Notes under the pieces: model-generated | Databases searched by the model: none | What the model was told of the DNA's origin: nothing | What the model saw: the letters and a program-made list of their open reading frames with translations, nothing else | Program-made: the position numbers and the translations under genes | Part shown: positions 8,262 to 16,647 of the stretch, piece by piece | Position numbering within the stretch: position 1 is the stretch's first letter | Layout: every line of letters begins with the position of its first letter | DNA from: Geotalea uraniireducens Rf4 | GTDB taxonomy: Bacteria > Desulfobacterota > Desulfuromonadia > Geobacterales > Geobacteraceae | DNA length: 32,000 nt | Assembly (NCBI RefSeq): GCF_000016745.1 | Contig: NC_009483.1 | Span: 630,001 to 662,000 of the forward strand | Direction of reading: 5' to 3'

Positions 8262-9383
8262 TTAATCCTCCTTTGCCCCTTCAGATTCATCTCCGTGCCG
8301 GGTAGCACTGATAATGCCATGGGCGGCGAAAGCCGCTGCCGTAGCCACCGCGATGCCTATGCCTATCTTGTCGGCTGTCGCCTCGATGCCGAAGCCCGGA
8401 ACATTAGGCAGCCGCTTGTAAAGCGGGGTCATGGTATCCCAGAACTGCGGTTCCGAACAGCCGGCACAGCCGTGCCCGGCGCCTACCGGCCAGGAGGTCT
8501 TGTCGTTGTATTTCTGGGTCGGACAGTTGTGATAGGTTTCAGGCCCCTTGCACCCCATTTTGTAGAGGCAGTGCCCTTTCGCATGGGCTGTGCTTCCCCA
8601 CTGCTCAACATACTGACCTGCATCGAAGTGGGGACGGCGCTCGCAATTGTCATGGATCCGCTTGCCGTAGGCAAAGAGGGGTCTGCCAAAGCTGTCGGTG
8701 GCGGGGAGTTTGCCGAAGACCAGGAAATGGACGATGGTCGCCGTCAGGTTGTCGGCATTGAGCGGGCAGCCGGGCAGATTGATCACCGTGGCTCCCGGAA
8801 CAGCTTGCTTTACGCCGACAGCGCCGGTCGGGTTGGGGTTGGCGGCGGGCAGCCCGCCGAAGGATGCGCAGGTGCCGACCGCAACGGTAGCCAGGGCGCT
8901 GCCGCATACCTCCCGCGCCGTGGCAAGGGCTGTCTTGCCTGCGACACAGCAGTAGACGCCGTCATCCTTCATGGGAATGGAACCTTCCACAACGACGATG
9001 TATTTCCCTTTCTGCTCCTTCACCACCTTGGCAAGGATTTCTTCCGCCTGGTGCCCTGCGGCAGCCATGATGGTTTCATGGTAATCCACGGAGAGGACGT
9101 CGAGGACTATCTCCGCGACGGTCGGATTCGAGGCCCGCAGGAGCGCCTCGGTGTCGCCTGCGCAGTCCTGGAATTCAAGCCAGACCAGCGTCGGCCGCTT
9201 GACCTCGTCCAGCGCCTGGGCAATTTTGGGCGCAAAGGTCGCCGGCAATGCCAGTGCTGCCGACATGGCCGAGCAAAACTTCATGAAGTCACGCCGGGAT
9301 ACACCCTTCTTTTCCAGTAGTCGTGAAACAGTATAATCGAGTTCTAACACTCCATTGTCTACGCTTTCCCGTGAATCTCCCAT
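8262..9383 (-). CDS. hyaA: [NiFe] hydrogenase small subunit, Tat-exported, with C-terminal membrane anchor
   Basis: Twin-arginine signal SRRDFMKFCSAMSAALALPATFAPKIAQA. Fe-S cluster Cys motifs (FQDCAGD, GTCASFGG, GCPLN, HDNCERRPHF, CLYKMGCKGP, CAGCSEPQFWD). Hydrophobic C-terminal helix IGIGIAVATAAAFAAHGII. Confidence 0.95.
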   Translation of the reverse strand: MGDSRESVDNGVLELDYTVSRLLEKKGVSRRDFMKFCSAMSAALALPATFAPKIAQALDEVKRPTLVWLEFQDCAGDTEALLRASNPTVAEIVLDVLSVDYHETIMAAAGHQAEEILAKVVKEQKGKYIVVVEGSIPMKDDGVYCCVAGKTALATAREVCGSALATVAVGTCASFGGLPAANPNPTGAVGVKQAVPGATVINLPGCPLNADNLTATIVHFLVFGKLPATDSFGRPLFAYGKRIHDNCERRPHFDAGQYVEQWGSTAHAKGHCLYKMGCKGPETYHNCPTQKYNDKTSWPVGAGHGCAGCSEPQFWDTMTPLYKRLPNVPGFGIEATADKIGIGIAVATAAAFAAHGIISATRHGDESEGAKED

Positions 9384-9399
9384 CGCAAACCCTCCTTAC

Positions 9400-9620
9400 A
9401 CTGTAATGCAAGTTTATTGCGCATCTACGCTGTTTAAGCTATAAATCGGTGAGATGTAAGACTTATTGACAACCTGCCGCAAACAATAACATTGTTTTAC
9501 TGTAATTAATTTAATTGTCAAGAAATAACAGATTGTTTGATGAATTAATTTGCGCCAACAAAAATGGGTTCCATACATTCACGGAATCCCTTTTGGTTCA
9601 TCGATCAGCTCACTTAGATA
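9400..9620 (-). promoter_or_regulatory. AT-rich upstream control region of the hydrogenase operon, with palindromic half-sites
   Basis: A sharp AT-rich stretch upstream of hyaA. Perfect palindrome AAACAAT-AAC-ATTGTTT at 9481-9497. Further ATTGTTT, AATTGTCA and AATTAATTT repeats at 9500-9550. No confident -35/-10 or -24/-12 assignment. Confidence 0.3.
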
Positions 9621-9678
9621 GATTAGACTGGATTCGGCAGTTGGAGGGGGGCATTAGCGGGATACGGGGTGCGCGCGG

Positions 9679-10479
9679 CTAAAGCGGAGGAGTGCCGATG
9701 ATCAGCACCTTGGGGCCGTAGTTTATGTAGCGGAATTTTCCCGTCTGCCGTTTTGTGGCGACGGCCCATTCGTAGAGCCTTTTGGCGTCCTTGAGGAGCG
9801 GCTTACGCGGTTCGTGGTAATACTCTCGCTGCATCTCCTCGTCGTATAGGCCGATGCAGCCGTGCGAAGCCGGGTGTCCGGGGACGTCGCGGCCGTGGAG
9901 CCAGTAGGAGATCCAGGCATCCACCTTTTTCTCCACATAGAACCTGAGTCCGTAATGCATCGGATAGGGACGATCGGTCCCTTCGACCGGGTAGATGCTC
10001 GACTCGTGGCGGCGGTCGGCCGCATCGATCCTGAACGAGCCGTTGGGGACCCGGTGCCCGTCGATGCCGACCGCCACCGGGGTGGAAAAGACCAGGGTGC
10101 CGTATTCATAGGCACCTAGGAACATCTCGGACTGATCGACCAGGATGAATTTCGGCTCCTGTGCCGCGTCCGGGTAAGTTGCCGGCATCGGGGTGAACCC
10201 CTTGATCTCCTCCAGCCGCTTCGGGACCTTGATCCACATGCCTGCGAGGAAGTGGCGCCGGTCCATCCTGTTGAAGCGGAGCCCGTCCCGCCAATACTTG
10301 CCGAAGAGCCGGTACGGCGAGTCCTTCCGCTTCAGCTGCACGCATTCCCATTCGACGCGGCTGTCGCTGGGGTAGTGGACATCGCAGAGCGAATTGATTG
10401 CGTCCGCTGCGGCTACGGAGCGGAAGTTTAAGAGGAGGGAGGCGAGGAGGGCAATGCCGATGAGGATGAACGGTTTCAT
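9679..10479 (-). CDS. L,D-transpeptidase (YkuD) domain protein, secreted
   Basis: Signal peptide MKPFILIGIALLASLLLNFRSVAA. Catalytic motif HG....HPASHGCIGL typical of YkuD L,D-transpeptidases. Confidence 0.8.
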   Translation of the reverse strand: MKPFILIGIALLASLLLNFRSVAAADAINSLCDVHYPSDSRVEWECVQLKRKDSPYRLFGKYWRDGLRFNRMDRRHFLAGMWIKVPKRLEEIKGFTPMPATYPDAAQEPKFILVDQSEMFLGAYEYGTLVFSTPVAVGIDGHRVPNGSFRIDAADRRHESSIYPVEGTDRPYPMHYGLRFYVEKKVDAWISYWLHGRDVPGHPASHGCIGLYDEEMQREYYHEPRKPLLKDAKRLYEWAVATKRQTGKFRYINYGPKVLIIGTPPL

Positions 10480-10744
10480 CTTCTTACCTCACCTGTGGTG
10501 CGTAAGGTCCCTGACATGGGTGGAGATTTGGCGGCGGCCCTTGCCTGCCGCCGTCCGTCCCTTAAGAAAAGTGTAGCAAGGAGAGGGTAAATGTAAAGAC
10601 GGCCCGTCCGTTCAGTGCCGATGCGGTTTCTTTAAGATGTTTTTGTAATTGCTTTTCCCGTGTGGTATACGTCTTCGGTGTTTAGTGACTTATGTGGCTG
10701 TCGCTATAGAACCGATTACCATCATGGGAAAAGGATTCTAAATA

Positions 10745-13700
10745 ATGAGCTTCAATGAAAACGCCAGAGTGAAAATACCGGCAATATTACATTTATGCCG
10801 TTTGGGCTATGACTACCTGTCGCTATCGGCAGCAATCCGTGATGAAAGCACCAATATTTTCACCGACCTGTTTTCTGAAAGCATCAGGCGCATCAATCCT
10901 GATCTTGAGGAAAGCGCAATAAAGCGGTTATTGGAAGATATTTCACTGATTCTGGATAATGAGGACCTGGGCGAAGCATTTTACCGGATGCTCACCGCTC
11001 GTTCTGGCGTGAAACTGATCGACTTCAATGACTTCAGCAACAACAGTTTTCACGTAGTAACTGAATTGACCTGCAAAAACGGCGATGACGAATTCCGACC
11101 GGATATCACGCTTTTGATCAACGGTATGCCCCTCGCTTTTATCGAAGTCAAAATACCGAACAATCAGGAAGGGATTCTCAAAGAACGGGACCGGATGCTT
11201 GTTCGTTTCCGGAACAAGAAGTTCCGGAAGTTCATCAATATTTCCCAGCTGCTGGTCTTTTCCAATAACATGGAATACGATCAGGACTCAGTTGAACCTA
11301 TCCAGGGAGCGTTTTACTCGTCTACCTCCACCGGTGACGTTCACTTCAACTGTTTCCGCGAAGAAGAACAGTTCGACCTGTCACAACTGCTGCAGCCGGA
11401 AGACAACGCCCGGGAAGACTTAGTCCTGAAGGACAACAATCTTAACGTCATCAAGCATTCACCGGAGTTCATCACCAACAAGGAACCCACCACCCCCACA
11501 AACCGGCTGCTCACCTCGCTGTTTAGCTGTAATCGTTTGGCAATGCTGCTTCAGTACGGTTTCGCCTACGTGCAGGAATCGAAGGGTGTTGAGAAGCATA
11601 TCATGCGCTATCCGCAACTGTTCGCCACCAAGGCGATCCAGCATAAGCTCGATAACGGCATCAAAAAGGGGATCATCTGGCATACCCAAGGAAGCGGCAA
11701 GACGGCGCTTTCCTATTACAACATCCACTACCTGACGGACTATTTTCAGCAGAAGGGAGTCATTCCCAAGTTCTATTTCATTGTTGACCGCATCGACCTG
11801 ATGGAACAGGCCAAACGGGAGTTTTCCATCAGGGGGCTGGTCGTCCATACCGTAAATTCCAGAGAAGAGCTGCTGAAAAGCTTTCGGGTGCGCAAGGCGA
11901 TTCACAACCTGTCCGGCAAGCGGGAAGTTACGGTCGTCAATATCCAGAAGTTCCAGGACGATACCCATCTGCTCCAGATGCAGGACTATGACATCGCTAT
12001 CCAGCGGGTCTATTTCCTCGACGAAGTGCACCGGAGCTACAACCCGAAAGGGAGTTTTCTGGCCAACCTTATCAGTTCAGATCGGGAGGCCATTCTCATT
12101 GGCCTGACCGGCACCCCTCTTATTATGGCAGACCGGAAGTCCAGGGATCTGTTCGGCGACTATATCCATAAATACTACTACAATGCTTCCATCGCCGACG
12201 GTTATACCCTGCGGCTGATCAGGGAAGGGATTGAGACCAACTACAAAATCCAGTTGGAGCAAGCGCTGAAGGAAGTGGAAATTCTCAAAGGTGATGCGGA
12301 TAAGCGGGTGATTTTTGCCCACGAAAAATTCGTTGAACCGATGCTGGATTATATCGTCGAGGATTTCATCAACAGCAGAATCCGCCTGGGGGATCACACC
12401 ATCTGCGGCATGGTGGTCTGCGATAGTGCCGAGCAGGCTCGCAGGTTGTTCGACATCTTTATCGCCAAGTACAATCCTGATCAGAAAACGGTCGAAGATG
12501 TTTCAACGGAGTATCTCAAGGTCGCCGAACCGGTTGTCGCCTATGGGGAGTATCTGAACAAGCGGAAAAGCAGACTGACCGCCTCGCTGATCCTGCATGA
12601 CGTTGGCTCAAAGGATGACCGCAAAGACGAAGTAGAGGATTTCAAGGAAGGCAAGATCGATTTTCTTTTTGTCTATGGTATGCTCCTGACCGGCTTTGAC
12701 GCCAAGCGCCTGAAAAAGCTTTATCTTGGTCGGATTATCAAGGATCACAACCTGCTGCAAACCCTTACTCGGGTCAATCGACCGTATAAAAAGTTCCGCT
12801 ATGGTTTCGTGGTTGATTTTGCCGACATCCGCAAGGAGTTTGACGCCACCAACAAGGCATATTTCGAGGAATTACAGGAGGAGCTTGGTGATGAAATCGG
12901 GACCTACTCCAACCTGTTCAAGACCAAGGAAGAGATTGACGACGAGATCAGCGACATCAAGGAAAAGCTGTTCCACTACGACCTGACAAACGCTGAAATT
13001 TTTTCACAGCAGATCAGCCGGATAGAAGACCGGAAAACAATGCTGGAGATCAAGAAGGCTCTGGAGAATGCCCGCAACCTCTACAACATCATCCGACTCC
13101 TCGGCCATTTCGAACTGCTGGAACATACCGACTTCAATAAACTGAACCAGCTTTATCGAGAGGCGGTTCGGCACCTGGAGCTGCTGAGTCTGAAGGAATC
13201 GGTACAGAACAATGTCGATGCCACTAACCTGCTGAATGTGGCCCTGGAAAACGTGCTCTTTATGTTCCGCAAGGTTTCGGAAGAAGAACTGATTATTGCA
13301 GACAAGCTGAAGGACATGCTGCGCAAGACCAGGGAAGCGCTGGGGAATAACTTCGACCGGAAAGACCCGGAATTTGTTTCCCTTTACGAAGAACTAAAGC
13401 GGCTTTTTGGCAAGAAGAATCTGGACGAAATAACCCAGGACGAGATGAAGCGAAATATCGGCTCGTTGCAGCAAATTTTTGATAAAGTGACCGAGCTGAA
13501 CCGCAGGAACAACCTGCTAAAAGCGAAGTACGAGAACGACGCCAAATATGCCCGCATTCACAAACGGTTGGTGGAGAAGGGAACTGTCTCAAAACGGGAA
13601 AGCGCCATCCATGCCACCTTGATGGGCATAAAAAAACAGGCTGACGATCAGGTGTTGTTGAATGCCAAGATGCTTGAGAACGAGGCCTATTTCGACCAAA

Positions 13701-13831
13701 AACTTATGCAAATGGTAATCGGCGGCTTCGGCAAGGCAAAGATCAACCTCGATCCGGAGAGTGCCCATTTCATCAACTCCTGCGTGACGCGGGAGTATCT
13801 TAACGAATACCGGGGAGTAGCTGCGTGGTAG
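10745..13831 (+). CDS. hsdR: type I restriction endonuclease subunit R
   Basis: 1028 aa. N-terminal nuclease-type region (PDITLLINGMPLAFIEVK). SF2 helicase motif I HTQGSGKTA and motif II DEVHRS. Later motifs LTGTP and VVCDS, plus a long helical C-terminus. First gene of the hsd operon. Confidence 0.95.
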   Translation: MSFNENARVKIPAILHLCRLGYDYLSLSAAIRDESTNIFTDLFSESIRRINPDLEESAIKRLLEDISLILDNEDLGEAFYRMLTARSGVKLIDFNDFSNNSFHVVTELTCKNGDDEFRPDITLLINGMPLAFIEVKIPNNQEGILKERDRMLVRFRNKKFRKFINISQLLVFSNNMEYDQDSVEPIQGAFYSSTSTGDVHFNCFREEEQFDLSQLLQPEDNAREDLVLKDNNLNVIKHSPEFITNKEPTTPTNRLLTSLFSCNRLAMLLQYGFAYVQESKGVEKHIMRYPQLFATKAIQHKLDNGIKKGIIWHTQGSGKTALSYYNIHYLTDYFQQKGVIPKFYFIVDRIDLMEQAKREFSIRGLVVHTVNSREELLKSFRVRKAIHNLSGKREVTVVNIQKFQDDTHLLQMQDYDIAIQRVYFLDEVHRSYNPKGSFLANLISSDREAILIGLTGTPLIMADRKSRDLFGDYIHKYYYNASIADGYTLRLIREGIETNYKIQLEQALKEVEILKGDADKRVIFAHEKFVEPMLDYIVEDFINSRIRLGDHTICGMVVCDSAEQARRLFDIFIAKYNPDQKTVEDVSTEYLKVAEPVVAYGEYLNKRKSRLTASLILHDVGSKDDRKDEVEDFKEGKIDFLFVYGMLLTGFDAKRLKKLYLGRIIKDHNLLQTLTRVNRPYKKFRYGFVVDFADIRKEFDATNKAYFEELQEELGDEIGTYSNLFKTKEEIDDEISDIKEKLFHYDLTNAEIFSQQISRIEDRKTMLEIKKALENARNLYNIIRLLGHFELLEHTDFNKLNQLYREAVRHLELLSLKESVQNNVDATNLLNVALENVLFMFRKVSEEELIIADKLKDMLRKTREALGNNFDRKDPEFVSLYEELKRLFGKKNLDEITQDEMKRNIGSLQQIFDKVTELNRRNNLLKAKYENDAKYARIHKRLVEKGTVSKRESAIHATLMGIKKQADDQVLLNAKMLENEAYFDQKLMQMVIGGFGKAKINLDPESAHFINSCVTREYLNEYRGVAAW

Positions 13832-15450
13832 CACGGGATTTTACTGCAAAAACGAAAGAACTGATCGATAACCTCAAAGGGGTCTGTGCCTCATACGGCT
13901 TGGGAAACGACGGTAATGAGTTCAAAATCATTACCCAGGTCTTTCTCTACAAATTCATGAATGACAAGTTCGGCTACGAGGTGAAGGAGATGGAGCCGAA
14001 GCTGAAAAAAGCCGCCATATGGGAACAGGAGATCGCCAAGTATTCGGACAAGGATTACGAGATGCTGCTCTTGAAGATGAGCCCGGACAGCGCCCGGCTG
14101 AAGCGGGAGCATTTTCTTCCCCGGCTGCACAACCGCCAGAACGAGGGGGAGTTTGCCAAACTCTTCGACGACACCCTGCGGGACATCGCCATTTTCAACA
14201 ATGACATTTTCTCGGTCAAGACCGGCACCGGCGCCAAGGTGACCCTGTTCGACGAGCTATCCAACTTCATCACCGATAGTTCTCGACGCGACGACTTCTG
14301 CCGCGCCATCATCACTCAATTAATACCTTTCAGCTTCGAGAAAATCTTCCACCAGAAGTTAGACTTCTTCTCCACCATCTTCGAGTACCTGATCAAGGAC
14401 TACAACAAGGACGGCGGCGGCAAATATGCCGAATACTACACCCCCCATGCCGTGTCAAAAATCATGGCTGCCATCCTGGTGGACAAACCGGTGAAAAATG
14501 TCACCTGTTACGACCCCTCGGCCGGGTCCGGCACCCTGCTCATGAATCTGGCACATGCCATCGGCGAGGACCGCTGCACCATCTACTCCCAGGACATCTC
14601 GCAAAAATCCACCAGCATGCTGCGACTCAACCTGATCCTGAACAACCTGGTCCACTCCATCCAGAACATCATCCAGGGCAACACCATGCTGACGCCGTAT
14701 CACAAGAGCGGCGACAAGCTGATGACCTTTGATTACGTCGTCTCCAATCCGCCGTTCAAGCTGGATTTCAGCGACTTCCGCAACGACCTGGAGACCAAGC
14801 AGAACCGAGACCGCTTCTTTGCCGGCATCCCCAAGATTCCCAACAAGGATAAGGACAAGATGGCCATCTATCTGCTCTTTATCCAGCACATCATGTTTTC
14901 CCTCTCTGCCAAGGGGAAAGCCGCTATCGTCGTCCCCACCGGTTTCATTACCGCCCAGAGCGGCATCGAAAAGAAGATCCGGGAAAAGCTGGTTGTGGCA
15001 AAGATGCTGCGGGGAGTGGTTTCCATGCCGAGCAATATCTTTGCCACCACCGGCACCAATGTGTCGGTGCTCTTTCTGGATAAGACCAATACCAAGGGAG
15101 ACATCGTCTTGATGGACGCCTCCAAGCTTGGGACTACGGTCAAGGAGGGGAAGAACCAGAAGACCGTTCTGTCAGTGGCAGAAGAAGAGCTGATTATCAA
15201 GACGTTCAACGACCACAAGGCGGTTGAGGATTTCACCGTGGTGGTTTCCTATGAGCAGATTAAGGAGAAGAACTATTCGCTGAGTGCCGGGCAGTACTTT
15301 GATGTGAAGATCGAATACACCGATATTACCCCGAAGGAATTTACCGCAAAGATGGCGGGGTACTGGAAGAATCTTGATCAACTGTTCGGCGAGTCACAAA
15401 AGCTGGAAAAGGAGATAAAGAAGCAGTTGGTGGGGTTGAAGTATGAGTAA
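13825..15450 (+). CDS. hsdM: type I R-M N6-adenine DNA methyltransferase subunit M
   Basis: GTG start overlapping the hsdR stop by 7 nt. HsdM N-terminal helix (IITQVFLYKFMNDKF). AdoMet motif I YDPSAGSGTLL and catalytic motif IV VVSNPPF. Confidence 0.95.
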   Translation: MVARDFTAKTKELIDNLKGVCASYGLGNDGNEFKIITQVFLYKFMNDKFGYEVKEMEPKLKKAAIWEQEIAKYSDKDYEMLLLKMSPDSARLKREHFLPRLHNRQNEGEFAKLFDDTLRDIAIFNNDIFSVKTGTGAKVTLFDELSNFITDSSRRDDFCRAIITQLIPFSFEKIFHQKLDFFSTIFEYLIKDYNKDGGGKYAEYYTPHAVSKIMAAILVDKPVKNVTCYDPSAGSGTLLMNLAHAIGEDRCTIYSQDISQKSTSMLRLNLILNNLVHSIQNIIQGNTMLTPYHKSGDKLMTFDYVVSNPPFKLDFSDFRNDLETKQNRDRFFAGIPKIPNKDKDKMAIYLLFIQHIMFSLSAKGKAAIVVPTGFITAQSGIEKKIREKLVVAKMLRGVVSMPSNIFATTGTNVSVLFLDKTNTKGDIVLMDASKLGTTVKEGKNQKTVLSVAEEELIIKTFNDHKAVEDFTVVVSYEQIKEKNYSLSAGQYFDVKIEYTDITPKEFTAKMAGYWKNLDQLFGESQKLEKEIKKQLVGLKYE

Positions 15451-16600
15451 GCCTGTCAATAAAAGATTGGGGGATATAGTCAACTTTAAGAGAGGTTATG
15501 ATTTACCATCCTATAAGCGCAAAGAAGGCCCATATCCCATCGTAAGCTCTTCCGGAATATCTGGCTATCATGCTGAATATAAAGCCAAAGGAGAAGGATT
15601 AATCACAGGCCGATACGGTACACTTGGCGAAATGTACTATGTGAATGGCAAATACTGGCCCCATAATACGGCACTATATGTTACTGACTTCAAAGGGAAT
15701 TATCCGAAGTATGTCTACTTTCTTTTAAAATGCCTCGGTAGTTTAAAAACGTCAGATAAGAGCACTGTTCCAGGTGTTAACAGAAATGATTTGCATGAAT
15801 TACTGGTTCCTTATATCAAGCCTGAACTTCAGAAACCTATTGCAGATTTTCTTTTCTTATTAGAATCAAAAATTGACCTCAACAACCGCATCAACTCCGA
15901 GTTGGAAGCTATGGCAAAAACGCTGTACGACTACTGGTTTGTGCAGTTTGATTTTCCCGACAAAAACGGCAAACCCTACAAATCCTGCAGTGGGAAGATC
16001 GTCTGGAACAAGGAGTTGAAGCGGGAGATCCCTGAGGGCTGGAAGGTTGGTTCATTACTCGACATTGCAGAGTACATCAATGGCTTACCGTGTCAGAAAT
16101 ATAGACCGATAGGAACTGATTTTTTATACGTCATTAAAATCAGAGAAATGCGCGACGGATTCACCAGCGAATCGGAACTGGTTAGACCTGATATCCCGCA
16201 AAAAGCAATCATTGAAAATGGCGATGTTCTTTTTTCATGGTCAGCTTCTTTGGAAGTACAAATCTGGACTGGCGGAAAAGGTGCATTGAATCAGCATATC
16301 TTCAAAGTAACATCGAAAAAGTATCCAAAGTCATTTTATTACTATCAACTAGTGAACTACCTCCAACATTTTAAAATGATGGCAGACAATCGCAGAACAA
16401 CAATGGGGCACATTACGCAGGACCACCTGAAACAAAGCAGAATTGTTTTACCTCCAATAGAATTAACTGAGAAACTCGAATGCAAACTTGGCCCCATCCG
16501 TACTGCAATCACAAGCAACCAATTAGCAAATAATACTCTTTCCTCTCTCCGGGACTGGCTCCTCCCCATGCTCATGAACGGCCAGGTGAAGGTGGGTTGA
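15443..16600 (+). CDS. hsdS: type I R-M specificity subunit S (two target-recognition domains)
   Basis: The ATG overlaps the hsdM stop (ATGAGTAA). It has the central conserved region LEAMAKTLYDYWFVQFDFPD and the C-terminal conserved region LSSLRDWLLPMLMNGQVKV, separated by two variable TRDs. Confidence 0.9.
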   Translation: MSKPVNKRLGDIVNFKRGYDLPSYKRKEGPYPIVSSSGISGYHAEYKAKGEGLITGRYGTLGEMYYVNGKYWPHNTALYVTDFKGNYPKYVYFLLKCLGSLKTSDKSTVPGVNRNDLHELLVPYIKPELQKPIADFLFLLESKIDLNNRINSELEAMAKTLYDYWFVQFDFPDKNGKPYKSCSGKIVWNKELKREIPEGWKVGSLLDIAEYINGLPCQKYRPIGTDFLYVIKIREMRDGFTSESELVRPDIPQKAIIENGDVLFSWSASLEVQIWTGGKGALNQHIFKVTSKKYPKSFYYYQLVNYLQHFKMMADNRRTTMGHITQDHLKQSRIVLPPIELTEKLECKLGPIRTAITSNQLANNTLSSLRDWLLPMLMNGQVKVG

Positions 16601-16647
16601 GTCAATCTGACAACGCCCTAAAAGGTACTTTTCCTATAGGAGTTACG

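Noticed and set aside
8258-8320. Upstream starts proposed by the ORF track for the large hydrogenase subunit (8320), and likewise for DUF2950 (1790), DUF3300 (3373), MBL hydrolase (24151), IstA (30552), HicB (24897) and the histidine kinase (3491)
   Set aside because: In each case an internal ATG gives the canonical family N-terminus or signal peptide and has a Shine-Dalgarno sequence. The extensions overlap upstream genes or lack any RBS.
9384-9480. Sigma54 -24/-12 promoter for the hydrogenase operon at GCGCAATAAACTTGCA (minus strand)
   Set aside because: A TTGCA -12-like element is present, but there is no GG at the required distance upstream, so the match fails the invariant GG-N10-GC spacing.
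16597-16647. TTG start at 16597, overlapping the hsdS stop, for the SIR2-family gene
   Set aside because: The ATG at 16648 has a canonical AGGAG RBS at 5-nt spacing. The 17 extra residues add nothing recognisable. The upstream start cannot be strictly excluded.
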